Positions 57,998 through 64,000 of a stretch of 64,000 nucleotides of DNA are shown here, piece by piece. The DNA lies in NCBI GenBank assembly GCA_951406725.2, contig OX597832.1, positions 12,462,001 to 12,526,000 of the forward strand. The letters run 5' to 3'. A program made the position numbers and the translations under genes. The notes beneath the pieces were generated by a model. It worked only from the letters and a program-made list of their open reading frames with translations, had not been told where the DNA came from and made no database searches. The DNA is from Octopus vulgaris (Eukaryota). Position 1 is the stretch's first letter; each line of letters begins with the position of its first letter.

Positions 57998-58143
57998 AGT
58001 AGCGGTTTGGTCAAAGAGTCCGATAGAATAAGTCACAGGCTTGCCGTAAATGACAATATATGTTCGACTAAAATCCGTCATTGTGATGTCCCAGAATGAC
58101 TTCAGTCCAGAGATTGAAACAAATAATCCAAAATAGAATAAAG
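57998..58143 (+). mobile_element. Degenerate SINE family C 3' half
   Basis: tagcggtttggtcaaagagtccgatagaataagt...gttcgactaaa...gattgaaacaaataa. Confidence 0.6.
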
Positions 58144-61100
58144 TTGGCAATGAGTCCATTCTTTATTGTAATACCAGCTTTTGGTTTAAGGATTATTCGG
58201 CAGTTTAAAGCGACCGCTAGGGATATAAATATCCTGACAGAGAACTATGGCCGAAGTCGCTCCGACACTGGTCACCCATTCCTTTAATATGTGTCAGGAA
58301 TAGATTGTCCTATGTGATCATTCTCTTTCCTGAGGAAAATCTCGTACATCAATCACACGTTTTCTCCAATTTCAGAAATTTTGGTGGGTATATCATCTCG
58401 ATAGAAGATGAGTTATTTCTATTTTGGAATATATTCAAGACACATTTATAGCTATAAGTAATTGCATTTAGATATTGGGTTGAAAGTCATTTTTGGTTAA
58501 AAATATCGAAGCATGTCCATGGAACTCGAACCCGCGGATATAATACGCGCATTGAAAGCCACTATTCCTAAACGTAATTATTTCATCTCTTGAACGTTCA
58601 TATAATTCGCATGACATCAACAATATGTATCTATGTGTGAGTATATGTGTATATGTGTGAGTATATATGTGTGCTTATTCGCACATTTCTGTGTGTGTGT
58701 GCGTGTATGTGTATGCATGTGGTTCTTTGTCTTTTTATGCAACGATTTGTTTTCTAAGTCGTATTGAATATTCAGAGAGCAAACTGCATTTAATAGGTGC
58801 AACAATTGCAAGAAGGCATATCAAATTTACTTCTAACTGATTGAATTCATATTATATAAACAATAACCTTTTTTTGTTATTGCTATATATTTTTTTCAAA
58901 GCTAGCGCAAATAAACGAGGATTTGCGACAAACTAAACCGTATTAATTCATCATATTTCTCTGGAAGCAACACGTGTACCTCGTGAGCTTTCCTGTTGCC
59001 CTACAAATAAATGGCAGATTTGTATTATGTTCGTTGTTATTGTCTTTCAGATAATTTACACATTTCAGTGATATATTATTATTATTATTATTATTATTAT
59101 TACTCTTATTCACACAAATCCTTCCCTTTTCTCATGCTTACTCTAGCCCATAATTGTCCACTAATTACATACCTCTGTTAGCGATTCTCTGCACAATCAC
59201 TATTCATGTCATGAATCAATGATAAAATAAAACAAAATAAAATAACACAGAAAAAAAAGAAAAGAAAGAAAACACAATTTTGTTTCTCTGAAACAATCCT
59301 TAATCAAATAATGACTTATTTAGTCATAGCCTCCCTCCACCAGCCTCGCTCGCTTCTTCTTGATTACATTCAGTTATAGTCACGCAATGCGAATAATTTG
59401 AATGCCTGATCACACTGTCAATGGGAAATTTAGTTCCAGGAAGCTACAGTTCATTGTTTCTGTAAAAGAGAATATTAATACAATGGAGTCAGTCTCTCTT
59501 GAGTTCTAAGATTTTCGAATTACTAATGTTGCGAATTTCTCACATTGTCACATCAATATTTGAAATAAATAGAAACTTTTTTGCAGTTTTCTTTTTAGCT
59601 CTTTTTTTTTTATCAGCTTTATATATGGACAAAATAATAAAAAGGCATTATATTGTACAATGACGTCGACTCATAGAATGAAGTAATGAAGGAGAAGAAC
59701 TATTTTCTTTACACATTGATTATTTTATATGAGGTACTTGGAAAATTTCATCGGATTATAAAAAAAAAAAAAATGATGCTTAGAAAGAAGAAAACCATGT
59801 ATTTTTTTTTTATTTGAAGTGATAATCTAACATTTGTTTGGTATTTCTTTAATTATATTGACAAATATATTGTACATATCTACACTGAACATGCAAAGTT
59901 TCATTTCATGCAAATCGAATATATTTAATGCATTATTATTATTACATATTACGATTGGCATTTTTCATTTTTAATCTTGCAACTTCATTCAGCTGGAAGA
60001 GCTGTGTAGATACACTGAAAGGTTGAAGGCAACGAGATAGGCGTGCAGAGAGGAAAGTGAAGATTTGAATCGTTTAACTGTACATCTTCTCCTTTCTCGT
60101 ATGACTCATTAACAGTTATTTCCTGCGTGCATCTCTCCGCCCTCTCTAATACGGTTTCTCGTTCCTCTCTCTCTCGTTCCTCTCTCCCTCTCTTCCCTCT
60201 CTCTGTATGAACACACGCACACAAAATATATATATATATATATATATATATCCGTATCGCGCACATATTTGTTGCGCATGCATTCAAACACACACACACA
60301 TATATAAATATGCATGTTTGTGTGCGTGTGCATGTGCGTGCGCGAGTGTGTGCGTGTCTCCGTCTCTTTCCTTCTCTCTCTCTCTTTATATATATGGTTA
60401 ATCCAAACATGAACACAGGGAAAACACAACAACGGGAGGACGTGGAACAAGTATAGTGTTAAATATATATATGGATGTGTTGATAGATAGATAGATAGCT
60501 TTTCTTAAATTTTCCCAGAACGATTCATTTCATTCATCAATTGATCGAAATTATTTTTACCTATTCCTGATGACGTCACGAAGCAGAAATTCAATTTCTC
60601 GATTGCCCTTCGGCTGTGCGCACCAAGATAGTATTATATCGCTGCATTCAATCTCGTTTCGATCATGTTTCAATATGGTGGCAAATTAAAAGTTTGGTTA
60701 CTATATATTATCATGTTTTGAAAACGTAGTCACGACAGGATTCAAACCATTACCTTCACTTAAGATATGTGTCTGTATATAATGAAGTCACACAAACACA
60801 GACACGCACACACATGCATTTATGAATGTATATGCACATACAAATACATATATGCATATATATATATATATATAAACATATATGTTATATACATGTATAT
60901 ATAAATTCTGAGGCTCAAGTATACAAGGAGCTCTCCCCAAATAATGTAGAAGTAGTTCAAATTTATCCTTGCTTTATGCGGCTGTAACATAATTAAACCA
61001 TAATTAGCGTTGTTAATGTCAGATAATATGAAATTTTAATTAAGTTGCCGTTATGAGGAATCACATGCACACTTCGTGAGCATCAATGTTCTGTCCAAGT

Positions 61101-61165
61101 AATGTAGAACATAAAATTCGTATTAGTAGTACCTATCAAACCAGGCCAAGCATATACACAGACAC

Positions 61166-61202
<37 letters not shown>

Positions 61203-62769
61203 CATACATACATTATTTAATTACGGCCTTGCTCGATAGGTACTACTGTATATATATATATATGCATATATATGTATATATATATTTATATATACATATA
61301 TATATATATATACATACATATATACATATATATATATACACATATATATATATATACACATATACATATATTCATATATATATATATATACATATATACA
61401 TACATATATGTTTATATATGTACACAAGCATTTACATTCATATAAGTGAATGCACACACACATACACTCACACACGCACATATATATATATATACAAACA
61501 CAAACACACATAGGGAGATTATGTATAAAAATAATATCATGGAAACGAAGAATTGCCAATGTAAACGGAGGAAGTATATGCTGGTCATTAAGTGACAACG
61601 TATAAATCGTATTAAAACATTTTACGATCAGATACAGACGAGCCCTCAAATAACGATAGCTATGCATATATTGATACTGATATCATCAAAGAACCTACAC
61701 AAATTACGTACATTGAAATACATAGTGCCTCCCACATCGTTCAGAAACGTTGCAACGACATGTTTGCTTTACACAGTTGGATATTATTGATGTAAATAAC
61801 TGTCACCATAAAGCATATACATAAAATGAGAGGAACTAATGCATAATTGTTATTCAGTTGAAGTAAATGTAATTGTTCATTTCAGATTAGTTATAGATTC
61901 CAATAAGGTTTGGATATAAGATTTTCACGACGACCGTCTTGATATGTTGAGTAAATATGCAGTTCCGGGTATTATACTATTAGAAAGGAGAGGATTTACA
62001 TAGTTGCTTTTAAATCTATCTACTTTCACTTTGACATGCAAAGGAAATTTTATGGAAGTTAGTGGAAGGCGTTTTTGTGCATAAAACATTTACATGCTTG
62101 ATGTCAACATTGAGGGTAACTATCATCAAGCTACATATCTCATTACAATATATCACATAAGAGTATCGTTTGGTGTCAATATTCAAGTAGGAGACAGATG
62201 CATCAATATCAATGTAATGCTACAGACCCCTGGTTACTGAGTACCCATTTACAAAATCTGACATATTATTAAGGACGAAACCGGTCTTTCTGAGAAGACA
62301 GGGTCTAGAGATGCACGTAAACAAATTCTGGAATAATTTTGATTTTAAGTCATTTGAATTACGCCTAACAACAACACCAACAATATCAACATACGAAAAG
62401 CATTATATTCCTTTTCAGAATGTTGAACCAAAAATTCTCCTGTCCATGTAGCTGTTCATAATACAGTATATGAAAAGTATATCAAATTAACAAAGACTGC
62501 TTCAAGTGTTATAGGAAATATGATGTGTAGCCATATTTGCAACATTTGTAGCTCATATAATACTTTATATAAGAAAACCAAGCAGCCTGGGCTTAATTTC
62601 TAGGATTCTTACAAAGGCCCCAAAAATAATAGTAATAACAAGATGATATAAGTTTCACATAAGAAAACGCCATTGAAGCTATGCTCAATTATTGAATAAG
62701 TGAATAACCAAAAAAAAAATGAGATTTTGACCTGTGATACGAGATTTACTCTGTATCTCTCTCTTTCTC

Positions 62770-62803
<34 letters not shown>

Positions 62804-62854
62804 GAGCTAAGGTATTCAAATGTAGTTTAACTACCTTTGCAAATTCTGTGTATA

Positions 62855-63251
62855 TCTACGTATATAAAAGAGAGGTTGTGAGCTTTCTGTCTCCTACGAT
62901 TTAGATTCCTAACTACTCCCACATTTTGCGGTGCAGTTTAACCAAAACCGGGTATCTCATAATCGTGATTCATATCGAGCCCTTCTGGGTATTAGCGCGC
63001 GTCTACGATGAGTCTACGATTAAAAAAAAATAATTACCATCAATTTTCCCCATTTTTGATGCATTTTTGGCATATATAAGTGAAGTAACTCTCTAAAAAT
63101 TTATTATTAAATCTCAGAACGTAAAAAGCTACAGTAACACCCTCCCTTTGTGGTTAGCCATATTGAGATGGCTATTATACTTTACATCTCTAAAAATGCT
63201 TATATAGTTACTTCCCTTACAAACCCGAGCAACGCCGGGCGATACTGCTAG
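62855..63251 (+). mobile_element. Non-autonomous Helitron, complete
   Basis: Starts A|TCTACGTATATAAAA and ends CTAG|T. Subterminal GC hairpin cccgagcaacgccggg at 63224-63239. No TSD. Confidence 0.88.
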
Positions 63252-63709
63252 TCTACATATATACTTCTTTACTATATAGGAATTATAGGAACAGATAGAG
63301 AGAAAATAAATTCGAGAGAGTGATACATAAGACGTACAAAACATATATATAAAGCATAAAATTCGCTACTGTCTCTAGGGTTTTGTCAACGAAATTGTAG
63401 AATATATACAAAACTATATCGTTACGATTGTCAGTAATTTATGAAACAAGATTTCAATAACGGACTATACAGAAACTTTATAAAACTGTCTAACTCTATT
63501 TTGAGGTAATATACAAGTACATATATATGTCTGAATTGTATTTTAATTTTATTTTTCCGTATACAAGCAGCGTTCTTTTCGATGGGAAGACACACACGCA
63601 TTCACACACACACACAGGTACACACACATCAATTCCGATACACACACGAAGTCACGTATATATCCCTATACATATGTATCTATCACTCTCTCCTTGTCTT
63701 TCTCCCCTT

Positions 63710-63715
63710 ATATGC

Positions 63716-63810
<95 letters not shown>

Positions 63811-64000
63811 GTATGTATATATATATGTATGTATGTATATATATATGTATGTATATGTACGTATGTATATATATATATATATATATGTATGTATATATAT
63901 ATATATATGTATATATATATGTATGAATATATATATAAGTATGTATATATATATATGTATGTATATATGTATATATATATACATACATATGTATATGTAT
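63710..64000. repeat. (TA)n/(TATG)n microsatellite running to the window end
   Basis: Seen directly. Confidence 0.96.

Noticed and set aside
59727-59915. Possible decayed mariner-like end
   Set aside because: No matching second TIR or transposase remnant found.

Overview
AT-rich, microsatellite-dense eukaryotic DNA. The repeat content resembles an Octopus (coleoid cephalopod) genome; I recognise this from memory of its SINE families and did not verify it by search. I found no intact, recognisable protein-coding gene. Nearly all listed ORFs are translations of (TA)n, (TG)n or (TATC)n tracts or of SINEs. The window holds three tRNA-derived SINE families (called A, B and C here), a 5'-truncated Tx1/L1-like LINE in a (GATA)n tract, a complete non-autonomous Helitron, Penelope-like fragments including a minimal hammerhead ribozyme, and several local duplications and inverted repeats. 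Three observations stand out. (1) The young SINE-B 3' tail matches the 3' end of the Tx1-like LINE, suggesting a LINE/SINE pair. (2) At three junctions in two loci, SINE-B tails join another SINE-B copy at the same internal position (GTATTTCGT), suggesting self-targeted insertion. (3) The hammerhead core is covered by an upstream antisense arm that could switch it off.
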